A stretch of DNA of 64,000 nucleotides from an uncultured Acidimicrobiales bacterium (GCA_943788915.1 CALSSD010000013.1:62001-126000); one strand, 5' to 3'; numbered from the stretch's first letter, positions 33,630-43,330 are shown. A program made the numbers and translations. The notes: generated by a model from the letters alone, not told the origin.

Positions 33630-34861
33630 AGGGACCTCCTTATCGATGGGTCGAGCACTGCACGTGCAGCCGCTCGATTGACAACGCGCGTGGCACTGAG
33701 CACGTCGTCATGATCTATATAAATGCCGCGCAGATGCCGTCGGCCATCGGCCGAGAACGGCTCCCGTCCGTGCAGCATGCGCCGGTTGTCGAAACCGACG
33801 AGGTCGCCGACCTGAAACGGGTACGAGATTTGAAATCGGTCGCTTCCGGCCATTGCCGAGAAGCAGTTCATGGCTTCGTAGGCCCGAGGCATGTCTTCGG
33901 GTGACATATCCGGGAACCCGCGCACCGGGTAGAACGCCCGAAGGGTGAGCGGGGCTCCGGGTTGTCCGAGGTCAATGAGCGGACCGGACCACCGGTGGTC
34001 TATGCCAGGCCCCCGGTTGAAGAACACCCAATGCAGTGTGGTTAGGGCTTCGTAGTGTTCGGGATGCTCGGCTTTGAGTGCGGCAACAACCGCAGCACCA
34101 TCGGCCATGGTCGATTCTCCCCCGACAGCTTCGTTTCTGAAACAATGCAGAAACTGGAATCCAGGTGGTGTCTCACGCGTCGGAAGATCGGTGTGGGGTC
34201 CCAACCTAAGATTCGTGTTGGCGGTGCTATTGGTATCTGCGCTTCCCGCCATAGTCACGTCGGCCTTCACATCCCAGATGGGGCCGAAGTTGGTGTCTCG
34301 GACGGCACCGATACGAGCGGCGAGAGCGAGCGCCACGTCAGGATCATCTGGCAGGGCACGGAGCCGGGCAAAACCTGTGCTTACGAGGTCATTGATCCAG
34401 GCAGCGAACGCATCGTCGGTGGCGAGAACTGCGGGACCATCATGGGTCGGTGGCTCCCACCGATCTGCTGCAGTCCAAACCATCTGTGCCGGTAGCCAGC
34501 TTGCCGGACGATGCTTGCCTTCGGCTACATGGCGTAACCAGCCAGGATGGAGGAGGTGAGCGTGCGCTTCTGTGGCGAATTGGACGGCGACTGCTCCGGT
34601 GGCACCGATGGATGCGCCAATGATGGCAGTGGCCGAGCCAGCCGCACCGTTCACACCAAGGTCGGCTGGGTCGATCAGGCCTTCTCGGGTCGCAGGATCG
34701 ATACCAATCCCCACCACGTTCTCGCGTAGCCACAGGTCGAACGCCAACAGCTCAACACCGTCGGACCACCGAACACAGACAAATCGATCACGTAGGTCGA
34801 CGCTTGCAGGTGGCGTCCATGCGTAGCTATAGAAGTCGGGAGTAGCCACAGGTGCATCCAC
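33626..34861 (-). CDS. Gamma-butyrobetaine dioxygenase-like (TauD/TfdA family)
   Basis: WLREN, R.TNFG, HTDLP.RE..PG.QFLHC, FDNRR.LHGR. Confidence 0.8.
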   Translation of the reverse strand: MDAPVATPDFYSYAWTPPASVDLRDRFVCVRWSDGVELLAFDLWLRENVVGIGIDPATREGLIDPADLGVNGAAGSATAIIGASIGATGAVAVQFATEAHAHLLHPGWLRHVAEGKHRPASWLPAQMVWTAADRWEPPTHDGPAVLATDDAFAAWINDLVSTGFARLRALPDDPDVALALAARIGAVRDTNFGPIWDVKADVTMAGSADTNSTANTNLRLGPHTDLPTRETPPGFQFLHCFRNEAVGGESTMADGAAVVAALKAEHPEHYEALTTLHWVFFNRGPGIDHRWSGPLIDLGQPGAPLTLRAFYPVRGFPDMSPEDMPRAYEAMNCFSAMAGSDRFQISYPFQVGDLVGFDNRRMLHGREPFSADGRRHLRGIYIDHDDVLSATRVVNRAAARAVLDPSIRRSL

Positions 34862-34988
34862 CACGGTGACAGTAGCAATGCCGCCAGGTGCTGGCCGCGG
34901 CAATGAGACGGCTTGTCGTGATCATCAGAGACCCAAGACCTCTGGGGAGTGATCGAGCGCTGAATGCCTGAGCTCCGGGGATGCAGGT

Positions 34989-36092
34989 TTAGAGAGGTGA
35001 TCCGTTGGTAACAAGCGCAGCGAGGCCAGGAATTTCACACGCTTGGCCGACTTCGATTTCGACAGTCACCGCTCGGTTTACATGCGGGCCAGCGCACCAT
35101 GTCGGGAAAGCAACTGAATAGAGCCCGCCACCGCCGGCGACGAACACCAGCAGGTCCTCGGGAGCGTTGAAACATCGGTAGTCGTCATCGGCGATGGGTT
35201 GTTTGCCCATATAACCAGCCGACTTCGCAAACTCGACTCCGGAGATAGAGGCGCGCTCTACCACCGCGTCGCGGATCGAGGTCAGGTCATAGCCGGCGTT
35301 GGCCAAAAACCCGGCGTGGTCGGCATTGATGGCCAACGCTGCCTGGCCGCCACGCAGCGCGATGTTGTTCGTTGTCACATTGGCGAAGGCCCGAGCAAAC
35401 GAATACAACATGCGGTCTGCACAGGTGGGGTCATCGGCATCGATCACAGCCATAACCGAGTGAGGGGCGTCGGTACCTATAACGGTGACCGTCGACTGTG
35501 ATGCATCAAAACCAAACTGGGTGTGCATCGGGGCGAACGGGCTGTTTTCTTCGTCCTCGGCCAGACACATGGTGAACTTGCCAGGATGGCCCATGAGTGC
35601 CATATCGCTGGTGCCCGACCGCCCGCCACCGATGTTGATCATTGCCAAACGCACGGCTCGGCCGATAGCAGCGTTCGCCCGGTAGCCGGGGCCAAGAGCG
35701 CCGAAGCCACCGTGGATGCCGCCACACCAGTCGCGAGCCGGTCCGTTCACGATGATCAATGGAGCGATGGCGTGAGTAGTGGCCTGAACCTCGGTCAGAT
35801 CGAAGCGCTCGTCGAGAATTGCGCGGGTCGCTGCCACGACCACCGGGGCATGATCAGGTAAACAACCTGCCATGACTGCCGCAGCAGCCAGTTTCTCGAC
35901 CGAACACTCCCCCATGTTCGGCCCCATGGCACCCAAGACGAGGTCGCCGTCGTAGCCGGTAGCCAAGACCATACGAGCGACGCGCTCGGCGGTGGGGATG
36001 ACAACGGGCAGCCCATCGGTACAGCCCATGGTGTGGAGCTGTTCCAGCGCTGCGTGCTCATCGTCGGCAGACAACAATGCTGCAACGCTCAT
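34989..36092 (-). CDS. UGSC-associated partner protein B (uncharacterised)
   Basis: TDGLPVV.PT, AVMAGC.P, RANA.IGRA.RL, GHPGK, AEDEE.SP; ATGA overlap with upstream selenoprotein. Confidence 0.8.
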   Translation of the reverse strand: MSVAALLSADDEHAALEQLHTMGCTDGLPVVIPTAERVARMVLATGYDGDLVLGAMGPNMGECSVEKLAAAAVMAGCLPDHAPVVVAATRAILDERFDLTEVQATTHAIAPLIIVNGPARDWCGGIHGGFGALGPGYRANAAIGRAVRLAMINIGGGRSGTSDMALMGHPGKFTMCLAEDEENSPFAPMHTQFGFDASQSTVTVIGTDAPHSVMAVIDADDPTCADRMLYSFARAFANVTTNNIALRGGQAALAINADHAGFLANAGYDLTSIRDAVVERASISGVEFAKSAGYMGKQPIADDDYRCFNAPEDLLVFVAGGGGLYSVAFPTWCAGPHVNRAVTVEIEVGQACEIPGLAALVTNGSPL

Positions 36093-36619
36093 GCGACTCC
36101 TCGCCATGCAGCGAGGATCTTGGGCACGGTGGTCTCGGCGACCATCGCCATGTTGACAACGCCTGACCCAGCCACCGGATGAGGCAGCTGGACACGAGGG
36201 ATGTCAGGCACTCCCACCGAGCGGGCAATGAAGTCCCCCTGGGCCCAGAATTCTTCGGTGACCAGTGCTACCGCTGGTACACCTCGTTTAGCAATTCGTA
36301 CTCCGTCACGCACGGTGCCGGTTGTGCAGCTTCCTCAATGGCCGTATGCGGCAACCACCGCTTGGCATGCGCCGATGACCTCATCGAGCATCTGGTCGGA
36401 GATCACCGACGATGCGTTGTGTTTGTTCCACCGTCGGAACGACGCGGTCGGCACAGCAACTGCAAGCGCCTTTTCGACCTGGTCCAGGAACTCCTCGGAG
36501 TCCGGAAAGCCATTGGCCAGAAGGCCAATGGTGACCGGTGCGGATTCGGCATCGACCTGAAGCTCGTAGGGCTCAACCGGAGCTCCGGGTTCAGATCGAG
36601 GATCAAGAAAAGTGATCAT
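36089..36619 (-). CDS. UGSC-family selenoprotein B (176 aa; Sec at UGA 36335-36337)
   Basis: AYGH-TGA-GSCTTGTVRDG; ORFs 36335..36619 and 36089..36313 are in the same frame. Confidence 0.85.
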
Positions 36620-36634
36620 TGTGTGGCCTCTCGT

Positions 36635-37771
36635 TCAGTATTCTGAGTTTAGGTGATGGAGCCGGTCACGAGCCTCAGCGACGATTCGTTTGACGACCTC
36701 GCCAGCACCCGGGACGTCGTTCATGGCAGCGATTCCGGCACCTGCATACAGCGGACGAAGCTGGTCATCGTCGACGTTCGCTGCGGCCTGGAAGACATCT
36801 CGTCCAAGCGCCGACTGCATGAGTCCTGGCGGTGCGTCCGCACCCGACTCCTCCCACCGTTCGGTGAACTCGGATGCGAGGACACGCGCCCATTGACCGG
36901 TAAACCCATCGGTCAAGGTGGTCGATCTATCACCGGTGGTCATGCGCTGTTTCCATACAGGCGAGGCCAGGGATTCTTTGGTGGCCACGAAACGGCTACC
37001 CAGGAGCACCCCATCGGCTCCCAAGGCGAGCATGGCTGCCAAACCCCGACCGTCGACGATGCCTCCTGCCGCAATGACCGGCACTCGATCACCAACAGCA
37101 TCGACCATCTGAGGCACCAGCGTGAGCGTGCTCTGCCCAACAGCATCGGTCCTTGCACGTTTGGTGCCGTAACTGCGGTGGCCACCGGATTCGGTGCCTT
37201 GTGCGACTACAGCATCGACACCGTTGTCTACCGCTGCGATGGCATCCTCGACCGTGGCGACCATAGCCACAGTTCTGGTACCGACGCGGTGAAAGCGCTC
37301 AACCAGGTCGGACTCGGGCACTCCAATGGCTGCAGAGAAGACAGGAATCTGTTCCTCAATCATGACTTCGAGGGCGGCGTTCACGAGGTCGGCTCCCGCA
37401 TCCGGTCGGGCAAGGCTTGGCGGCAGGTCGAACCGGGACCTGAACTCGTTGAGCACCGTCTGTGCTCCCCGGATGACGTCATCGGGCACGTCATCAGGGT
37501 CGGGCGGTGTGCGGACATCGTCATGGAGCCAGATGTTCACGCCAAACGGTTTCGAGGTGCGTTCTCGGATATCGCGTATTGCAGCCCGGACCTGCTCGGG
37601 ACGCAGCCGAAGCGCTGCAAGGACTCCCAGCCCCCCAGCGTTGGACACTGCCGCTGCCAAGTCGACCCCAGCAACACCACCCATCCCGGATTGTAGAACT
37701 GGGGCGTCGATACCGAGAACGTCCTGCAACCGGGGACTGAGCAGCCGGGGTTTAGGAATCTCGGTCGTCAT
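36635..37771 (-). CDS. Nitronate monooxygenase / 2-nitropropane dioxygenase family flavoprotein
   Basis: Q.GMGG, AAVSNAGGLG, AQG.E.GGH, AAGGI.DGRG. Confidence 0.88.
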   Translation of the reverse strand: MTTEIPKPRLLSPRLQDVLGIDAPVLQSGMGGVAGVDLAAAVSNAGGLGVLAALRLRPEQVRAAIRDIRERTSKPFGVNIWLHDDVRTPPDPDDVPDDVIRGAQTVLNEFRSRFDLPPSLARPDAGADLVNAALEVMIEEQIPVFSAAIGVPESDLVERFHRVGTRTVAMVATVEDAIAAVDNGVDAVVAQGTESGGHRSYGTKRARTDAVGQSTLTLVPQMVDAVGDRVPVIAAGGIVDGRGLAAMLALGADGVLLGSRFVATKESLASPVWKQRMTTGDRSTTLTDGFTGQWARVLASEFTERWEESGADAPPGLMQSALGRDVFQAAANVDDDQLRPLYAGAGIAAMNDVPGAGEVVKRIVAEARDRLHHLNSEY

Positions 37772-38298
37772 CTGTTCGCGCCAAGCAGGAGTGCAGCACA
37801 CTCGTCTGCTGCTGCAGCGGCCCGGCGTCCCAATTCATCGGTCGTAGCACTACTGATCGGATGGGCAATGGTCACGAACGGAAACCCGTCGGCCCCAAGC
37901 ACCTGGGCCATGAGCTCGGCGGCGCTTACAAACCGTTCGGTCATGATCGAGACGGCGGGTAGGCCACGGCGTTCGGCTTCAACAGAATCGTGCAGACTGC
38001 ACGAAGAGCAGCTTCCTCAATCGCCGATGCCGGAGATCACGGCGTGCCACTTCTGTGTGGCGTCCATGATCTCGCCGCCAGCGGGCGCGCTGTAGTTCGG
38101 CTTCACCACCCGTTCAACGGAAGCGACACCATATTCGGTTCGCAGATGGTCAGCCAGAGCGTCGAAGAACCGTCCGGTGCCGTGTTTGCCGTTCGAGACG
38201 ATGCCGAGCGAGACACCTTCGAGCGTGTCGAGCCGGGGTGACACGACAAGACTTGCGTCGCTCTCTTCATACGTTGGATCAAGAATTTCGATGGTCAT
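37768..38298 (-). CDS. UGSC-family selenoprotein A (176 aa; Sec at UGA 38017-38019)
   Basis: GIGD-TGA-GSCSSCSLHDSVEAERRGLPAV...AHPI; frame stays open to TGA 37768 overlapping the next ATG. Confidence 0.88.
37988..38004 (-). promoter_or_regulatory. Candidate bacterial SECIS hairpin
   Basis: TCGTGCA-GTC-TGCACGA perfect 7-bp stem; G-initial loop 19 nt 3' of UGA. Confidence 0.6.
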
Positions 38299-38307
38299 AG
38301 TCCCTCG

Positions 38308-39363
38308 CTAACAATCCACACAGGCGCCGACAGCGACGGTGGCCGCTCGTGATTTGTGCCCGAGCCATGGCGGAATAACTGCACCGAATCCGCCAGCTGG
38401 TCCACCCGCGGCAACAACCAGGAGATCGTCGGGAGAGTCCAGAGCCGGATACACCCGGTCGGCCTTGTCACCGACAACCGACGCCTTGCCGACCTTGGCC
38501 CATTCGCCCCGTTTGATCGACGCATGTTCATAGACGTACTGGCGAATGTCGGCTTTGGTCCATCCTGCAGCCTCGAAATGTTCTCGCAGCTGGGGCGGCA
38601 CGACGATCGCGTAGTTACCTGGCCAGATCGAATAGTTCGTCATGTTGGCCCTGATTTCGGCGATGAACGTGTCCAGGATTTCTTCGGGCACGGTGGTCCA
38701 CTCGTTCATGATCTGGCGCGGTGCCATTGCTGCCATGGCAGTAACCGCCGAGACATGGGGATCCCCGAGACGTTCGGTGGCCAAGGACAACCATGGTGAA
38801 TGTTCTTCGTCCTCGGCAATGCAGTAGCTGATCTTGCCAGGATGCCCGAATGTGGAACGATCGATTTGGCCTGGTCGAACCTCGAACAGGTTGCCGAGTA
38901 TCAGACGGATGCTTCGGCCAATGCAGTTTGATGCGCGGTCGCTCGGGCCAATGGCATTGAACGTTGCGTCCATGCCGATCTCGTTGCGAATGGGTCCATT
39001 CACAATCAGGAGTACTGCGCAACCACCGGTGCTCGCGGTCGCTCCATGGAGAAGAAACGGTTCTTCGAGCATTGCGGTCAGCGCAGTAACGACAACAGGG
39101 AAGTGCATAGGTAGACACCCAGCCATAACCGCATTGATTGCCAGCTTTTCGGCAGTAACCATTCGGTGACGAACCGGCTCGGTGCCGACCAGATGATCTG
39201 GCGCTAGGCCAGCCCAGTCGAGGCACCGCTGCACAGCGTCGGCCGTGGGCGGCACGATAGGCAGCCCGTCGGTCCAGCCCCGGCTATGAAAGAATTCTTG
39301 TGTCTCGCCCACATCCTGGAGGGTGTGGCGTTTCGATATCAGGTCAGCGGGCACAACGTCCAC
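38308..39363 (-). CDS. UGSC-associated partner protein A (uncharacterised), C-terminal CxxC
   Basis: GWTDGLPIVPPT, AVMAGC.P, GHPGK, AEDEE.SP, ends ACVDC. Confidence 0.82.
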   Translation of the reverse strand: MDVVPADLISKRHTLQDVGETQEFFHSRGWTDGLPIVPPTADAVQRCLDWAGLAPDHLVGTEPVRHRMVTAEKLAINAVMAGCLPMHFPVVVTALTAMLEEPFLLHGATASTGGCAVLLIVNGPIRNEIGMDATFNAIGPSDRASNCIGRSIRLILGNLFEVRPGQIDRSTFGHPGKISYCIAEDEEHSPWLSLATERLGDPHVSAVTAMAAMAPRQIMNEWTTVPEEILDTFIAEIRANMTNYSIWPGNYAIVVPPQLREHFEAAGWTKADIRQYVYEHASIKRGEWAKVGKASVVGDKADRVYPALDSPDDLLVVAAGGPAGGFGAVIPPWLGHKSRAATVAVGACVDC

Positions 39364-39374
39364 TTTGGCACATC

Positions 39375-40829
39375 TCAGCCGTAACCCGGTGGTACCTGAA
39401 AGCCGCCCAATTCACGCTCCATGAACGCTGCAAACGCGATGCTCTCACGATCACGGAGGTGCCCGGCCACGATCTGCAGGCCACACGGCACACCCGAGGC
39501 GGTCAAACCAGCTGGCGCAACGGTGCCAGGTAGGTAGACGCCGCACGACAGACCTGCCCAAAATAGCTGGTCAGTCGTTGGTTGTTGGCCACCGTTAATC
39601 GGGATTGTGCGATCAGCGCGTTCACCCGTGTGGTCGTGCGGGTAGGCGGCCGAGGCAGCTGTTGGGCACAACAATAGGTCGTAATCGTCGAAGAATGCGT
39701 CCCACGCCAACCGGTCGTCTTCTCGCTGACGGTGATGCTGAGCCCATTGCCAGTGGCTCATGGTGATGCCGGACCCGGCCAAGGCTCGGTAGTCGCGATC
39801 GCCAGCGGCCCAACGAGCCGCATGTTCCTTCTGTACTTCATAGGCGTCAACCGGATACTCAGAGCCGGTGGCGCTCCGCAGTAACATCATGTAGTTGTGA
39901 TGTGACTTCTCAAGGTCGATTGCTGGACGGGCGTCGTAGTCGAGCGCAACGCCAAGGTCGCCCAATGCCGCAACCGTGGCTGCGAGTTGGACGGTCAGCT
40001 CGTCGTCCTGCTCGACACAGACGTCGCTTTCGAGCATGACCGCTACCCGCAACGTGTCGGGTCGATCGTTGCGGGGTGCTGGTAGATCCAACTTCCAGCC
40101 TCGTGCATCGAGGCCTCCGGCTCCCGCAACAACGTCGAGTCCTAGCGTGAGATCCGACGCGTAACGAGCCATCGGGCCGCCGACACCGATGTCGAGGACC
40201 GTCGGAGCCCCCGGATTACCGTGTCCGGCTATCGGGACGAGGCCGTAGGTGGGTTTATGTCCAAAGACGCCGCAATAGTGCGCTGGATTCCGAATCGATG
40301 CACCTATGTCACTGCCCAGCTCGAGAGCCGTGAGCCCAGCAGCAAGTGCTGCAGCTGCACCGCCGGATGACCCACCTGGAATGAGATCGGTATTCCACGG
40401 ATTTGATGTGGTGCCATACACCGGATTGAATGTCTGCCAGTCGGCCATGGATACTGGCAGGTTGGTCTTGCCATAGATGACTGCGCCTGCATCGAGCAGC
40501 CGATCGATGGACTCGGAGTTTCGGTCTGGTCGCCAGTCAACCAGTTCCTCATGACCGCTGGTGGAGGGTGAACCAACCCAATCCCATGCCTCCTTGATTG
40601 TCATGGGAACACCATGTAACGGACCCCACGACTCGCCAGCGGCTGTGGCAGCGTCTGCAGCAGCGGCTCGTTGACGAGCGACGTCGAGCTGGGTGGTGAC
40701 GACCGCGTTGATCGCCGGGTTGAGCCGTTCGTAACGAGCGACAGTGGCCTCGAGCAGTTCGGTGGCCGAGATGTCGCCACCAGCGACTGCGGCCGCTTGG
40801 TCGGCAGCAGATGCCAAACAGATATCCAT
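39375..40829 (-). CDS. Amidase
   Basis: GKTNLP, GGSSGG, GSDIGASIRNPA. Confidence 0.9.
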   Translation of the reverse strand: MDICLASAADQAAAVAGGDISATELLEATVARYERLNPAINAVVTTQLDVARQRAAAADAATAAGESWGPLHGVPMTIKEAWDWVGSPSTSGHEELVDWRPDRNSESIDRLLDAGAVIYGKTNLPVSMADWQTFNPVYGTTSNPWNTDLIPGGSSGGAAAALAAGLTALELGSDIGASIRNPAHYCGVFGHKPTYGLVPIAGHGNPGAPTVLDIGVGGPMARYASDLTLGLDVVAGAGGLDARGWKLDLPAPRNDRPDTLRVAVMLESDVCVEQDDELTVQLAATVAALGDLGVALDYDARPAIDLEKSHHNYMMLLRSATGSEYPVDAYEVQKEHAARWAAGDRDYRALAGSGITMSHWQWAQHHRQREDDRLAWDAFFDDYDLLLCPTAASAAYPHDHTGERADRTIPINGGQQPTTDQLFWAGLSCGVYLPGTVAPAGLTASGVPCGLQIVAGHLRDRESIAFAAFMERELGGFQVPPGYG

Positions 40830-40851
40830 CAGATACTCACCCAGATCGTTG

Positions 40852-42060
40852 TCATGCGGTGTGATTGCTGTGAGGGGAAATCGCTGATCCCCCGGTGGGC
40901 ACCTCGAGTAGCGCTGCGGCTGCTCGCTCGTTCTCATTGATCTTGGCCAGGATCGCCTGCCCGGCTCGCTCGAAGTACTCGCGGTTCTCTCTCACGAACG
41001 TGTTGCTTTCGCGGAAGTCGTTCAACATGCCGTTTACTTCCGGCAGCACGTAACGAGCGACCATGTCCCAGCTCCGAGTGATGGCTTCTGGATGGGCAAA
41101 GTCGTTCACGAAACCTACGACCGTTCCGAAGCCTCCGGCGAGTTCGTACATGTCGCGGATCGCAGCGATCAGATCATCGGGGGTACCGATCAGTACGCCT
41201 CCTGCGGCAGTCAATTGGTCGAGCGTCTCTTCGGGCGTGTCCCACGCCTCGACCCCTACCCGCTGCAACGTGCCCACAGTGTATTCGCTGTGCCAGCGGT
41301 GCAGGCCCTGCAATGCCTCGGCCCGCGCTTGTTCCTTGGTCTCAGCGATGTGCCAGTTCATGAGCACCCGCCAGTTGGAGCGATCCATGACCTGGCCATG
41401 TTTGGCTGCGGACTCCTCGGCGAAGCTCCACTGCAACGGAAGCGCTGCGAGACCAGCGGTGGACATCGAGCCGATCGACAGGATGCCCATGCCGTATTTG
41501 CCAGCAAGCGTCATGCCTGATGGGCTGACCATCGATGCAACGGTCTGTGGGATCTCGCCCCGTACTGGAAGCAGTTGGAGTTTGGCGTCGTACAAGTTGA
41601 ACCAGTCACACTGGTAGGTAAACCGCTCCCCCGCCAGCAGCCGCCGAATAACAGCAATCGCTTCGTCTTGACGGTCGCGTAACAACATGGGGTCGATTCC
41701 CAACATGTGTGCATCTGAAGCCAGTGCACCTGGGCCGGTGCCCAAGATTGCCCGGCCGTTTGTCATGTGATCGAGCTGCACAATGCGCTGAGCGACGTGA
41801 TACGGATTGTGATACGGCAACGACACCACGCCGGTACCGAGGTTGATGCGATGGGTGCGTTCGCCGGCCGCGGCAAGAAACATCTCCGGCGATGGGATGA
41901 CTTCCCAGCCGGTTGAGTGGTGTTCGCCACACCAGAACTCGTCGAAGCCAAGCTGGTCGAGTTGTTCCACCAGATCAAGATCTCGTCGGTACTGCAAGAT
42001 CGGATTCTCGCCAATGGGGTGATGTGGCGCGAGGAATGCGCCAAACTTGATGGGGTTCAC
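40852..42060 (-). CDS. LLM-class flavin monooxygenase (limonene monooxygenase LimB-like)
   Basis: FGAFLAP.H, GEHHS.GWE.I.SPE, SLPYHNP, GPGAL.SDA. Confidence 0.85.
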   Translation of the reverse strand: MNPIKFGAFLAPHHPIGENPILQYRRDLDLVEQLDQLGFDEFWCGEHHSTGWEVIPSPEMFLAAAGERTHRINLGTGVVSLPYHNPYHVAQRIVQLDHMTNGRAILGTGPGALASDAHMLGIDPMLLRDRQDEAIAVIRRLLAGERFTYQCDWFNLYDAKLQLLPVRGEIPQTVASMVSPSGMTLAGKYGMGILSIGSMSTAGLAALPLQWSFAEESAAKHGQVMDRSNWRVLMNWHIAETKEQARAEALQGLHRWHSEYTVGTLQRVGVEAWDTPEETLDQLTAAGGVLIGTPDDLIAAIRDMYELAGGFGTVVGFVNDFAHPEAITRSWDMVARYVLPEVNGMLNDFRESNTFVRENREYFERAGQAILAKINENERAAAALLEVPTGGSAISPHSNHTA

Positions 42061-42136
42061 AATGGTCTCCGGCCTGAAGTCACAACGCCTAATGGTTTAC
42101 TCGACCGGCAGGCGTCGACTTGCACTGGCCGCGGCA

Positions 42137-43330
42137 CTACTCGGCGGCGTCGTCGGCCAGATCATGGACCGTCGGTCGAGAGGCGCGACGGGAACGTTCG
42201 GGTACCAGCGCACGCATCGAGTCGAGTTTGCCGAAACACACGAGCCGATCTTCGGCCTCCAATGCACGTGATGCCTTGGGATTGGGGATATCGGAGCCGC
42301 CTCGATGCAACGTCAACGTGGTGATATCCAACTCTCGGAGATCACCGATGGTCAGGTTCTGGGCGAGGACCGCCGCCCCCTCATGCACGACCAACTCGGC
42401 CACGCCATAGTTCGCTGAGATCGACAGACGCTGGCGCACATCCAGTTCAGGGAACGAGACCTGACCGACCGATGTAGTCGATGATGACACCCGCTATATC
42501 GAGCCCGGTGCATCCTTCGATGCCTTCGAGGCCGGGCGACGAATTCACTTCCATGACCAGTGGTCCGTGGTCAGACTCGAGCATGTCGACGCCCGCAACC
42601 CGCAGTCCCATGATCTGGGCTGCGTTCACCGCCACCTTCTTCACTTCATCAGAAAGCTCAATCGCTTCGGTAGTGCCTCACCACGGTGCACGTTTGAACG
42701 GAACTCGTCGCCAACAGCAGTGCGCCGCATCGCGGCTACCACTCGATCACCGACCACGAAGGCCCGCACATCGCGGCCCTTGCTCTCTGCGATGAACTGC
42801 TGGATAAGCACGTTCTGCCGGGTGCTTTGCAGCGTTTCAATGACCGCCTCGGCGACCTTCTTGTCGGGCGCAAGGATTACGCCGATGCCCTGGGTTCCTT
42901 CGAGTAATTTAATCACGACGGGTGCCCCGCCCACCCGTTCAATTGCTGGCAGGACATCCCCGCGGTCACGCACGAATGTCGTCGCCGGAATGCCCACACC
43001 ATGGCTCGAGAAGAGCTGGGTTGATCGCAACTTGTCACGGGAGTTCGCGATACCGGTTGAGGTGTTTGGGGTGTAGACCCTCATCTGCTCGAACTGGCGC
43101 ACAACTGCCAGGCCAAAGAACGTGATCGATGTGCCGATCCGAGGCAGTACGGCGTCGTAGGTGGTGAGCGGTTTTCCTCGATACTGAAGCTCGGGTTCTT
43201 CACGAGATAGATCGATGGCGAACCGGAGCGTGTCGAGGACCCGGACCGTGTGCCCTCGCTCTTCTGCAGCTGCAACCAGTCGTTTTGTGCTGTACGCCCG
43301 AGGGGCACGCGACAGAATGCCTAGTTTCAT
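42137..43330 (-). CDS. rimK: RimK-family alpha-L-glutamate ligase with C-terminal TrkA-C domain (frameshifts ~42680, ~42470)
   Basis: MKLGILSR....[43 protein letters not shown]-like tail in the third frame. Confidence 0.8.

Noticed and set aside
36335..38019. The UGA codons as sequencing errors, pseudogene stops or genome-wide recoding
   Set aside because: The same codon occurs in the same motif in two paralogs, other errors are indels, and TGA is used as a normal stop throughout the window
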